Of a stretch of DNA of 64,000 nt, positions 62,838 to 64,000 are shown in pieces. Position 1 is the stretch's first letter. Each line of letters opens with the position of its first letter. Both the position numbers and the translations under genes were made by a program. Under the pieces are notes generated by a model. It had not been told where the DNA came from. It made no database searches and saw only the letters and a list, made by a program, of their open reading frames with translations. The DNA comes from Carcharhinus amblyrhynchos (lineage: Eukaryota): positions 90,396,001-90,460,000 of the forward strand of contig OZ336876.1 of NCBI GenBank assembly GCA_965287045.1. Direction: 5' to 3'.

Positions 62838-64000
62838 AACAAGGAAAGAATCTCCATTGTAAAGATTTTGAATAAAATGAAGTTGAACAGTTCTGAGGAG
62901 TGCAAGTCTGCCTATGAATTGTTGTGAATTGGCAATAAATTGCAGTCTCATTCATACATCAGTTAAAGAGTAGTGATATGAAAAATAAAATTGCACACAC
63001 AGTGTGTGTACTTGTACTTTAGAAATAAGATATTACTCTGGATCTGATTGTGCTGCAATCTGGTGTAGGATTGTTTCCTGTTATGAGATATCATTGCGGA
63101 CACATCAAATCTTGAGCCAAACAGCAGCCTAAAAAATGGTTTAGGGTGCATATTAGTACATTGGAAAAATTGAAGTCATCATTTTTTGGCTGGTGTTACA
63201 AATCCTGTCCTCTTGCGAGTGATTTCATTACCCTACACAACCAGTGTCTCAGATTAGTTGAGCTGGGCTTTCTACTTAAAAAGTACCATCTAAATTGCAA
63301 GTTGTTTGCAGGTAAATACCACATTTCCTCTGCTGTTACATAAGTGTAACCAAATTTAACTATTAATACAATGGTCCAAATTAGTAAGGAACTTCGTAGA
63401 ATTCATTGGGTGGGACTTCTGGAAAAGTGAATTTTCCCCAAGTCCTGCTCAATTTAATTGCAGGAGCTTTTTAAATTATCTCAGTGATTTTCTGGCTTGA
63501 CAGCCAGATTTACAGGAAAGTAGGAGGAGCACTATCAGGAGCTTTCAGCGTGAGGATGGGAGGTGTTGGTAGGAAGTCAAGTGAGGAATGGCAGGAAGTT
63601 TTGAGGGTCTTCAGCATTTGGATCAGGGGAGTCAGTGGACAAGAGTCGAACAAGGCAAACACGAAATACTTCCCTAGCTACTTCACATATTCTAAAACCC
63701 AGAATCAAGATAGCTTAAAAATGAGCTAACAGGAAAATTGCAGTCAATTACAAACTTTAAAATAAACATTAAATGGCAGATGCAACAGGAACGATTTTAT
63801 GAATTGGCTCAGAAGTCCATCTGTATTTATGTCATCAATCTCAGTCACAAAGCCTTTTAATGCTCTGTCTTCCTCGAGAAAAATTTCAGCTCCTCTCGTG
63901 GAATGTAACCTGATCCCCAAGTTTCAGCAGTAGCATACATCCATCTGCAAAAGCTTCACCAAAAATGGCACACATTTGTCAAACCCCTTCAGTTCAGTCT

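Overview
Vertebrate genomic DNA, most likely a cartilaginous fish (shark), judged from its repeat families: CR1/HER1-like LINEs, HE1-like and Deu-type SINEs, Rex1/Babar LINEs and Penelope-like elements. The only host coding sequence I can support is one 101-nt exon of the mRNA capping enzyme gene RNGTT (+ strand, 52279-52379, [34 protein letters not shown]). I found no neighbouring exon, so the rest appears intronic and is heavily filled with nested retroelements. Notable items: (1) a near full-length young CR1 (7771-12608, -) whose ORF1 carries a 26 x 21-bp in-frame expansion reading (KEGGERR)n once a G10 frameshift is corrected; (2) a Gypsy LTR element split by four LINE insertions; (3) two Penelope-like families with inverted pseudo-LTRs and degenerate hammerhead ribozyme cores; (4) a SINE/LINE pair sharing a 3' tail; (5) an in-frame 96-nt candidate cassette exon. 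I see no convincing evidence of a wholly new biological system. Boundaries of old repeats are approximate and family names are by eye, not from database searches.
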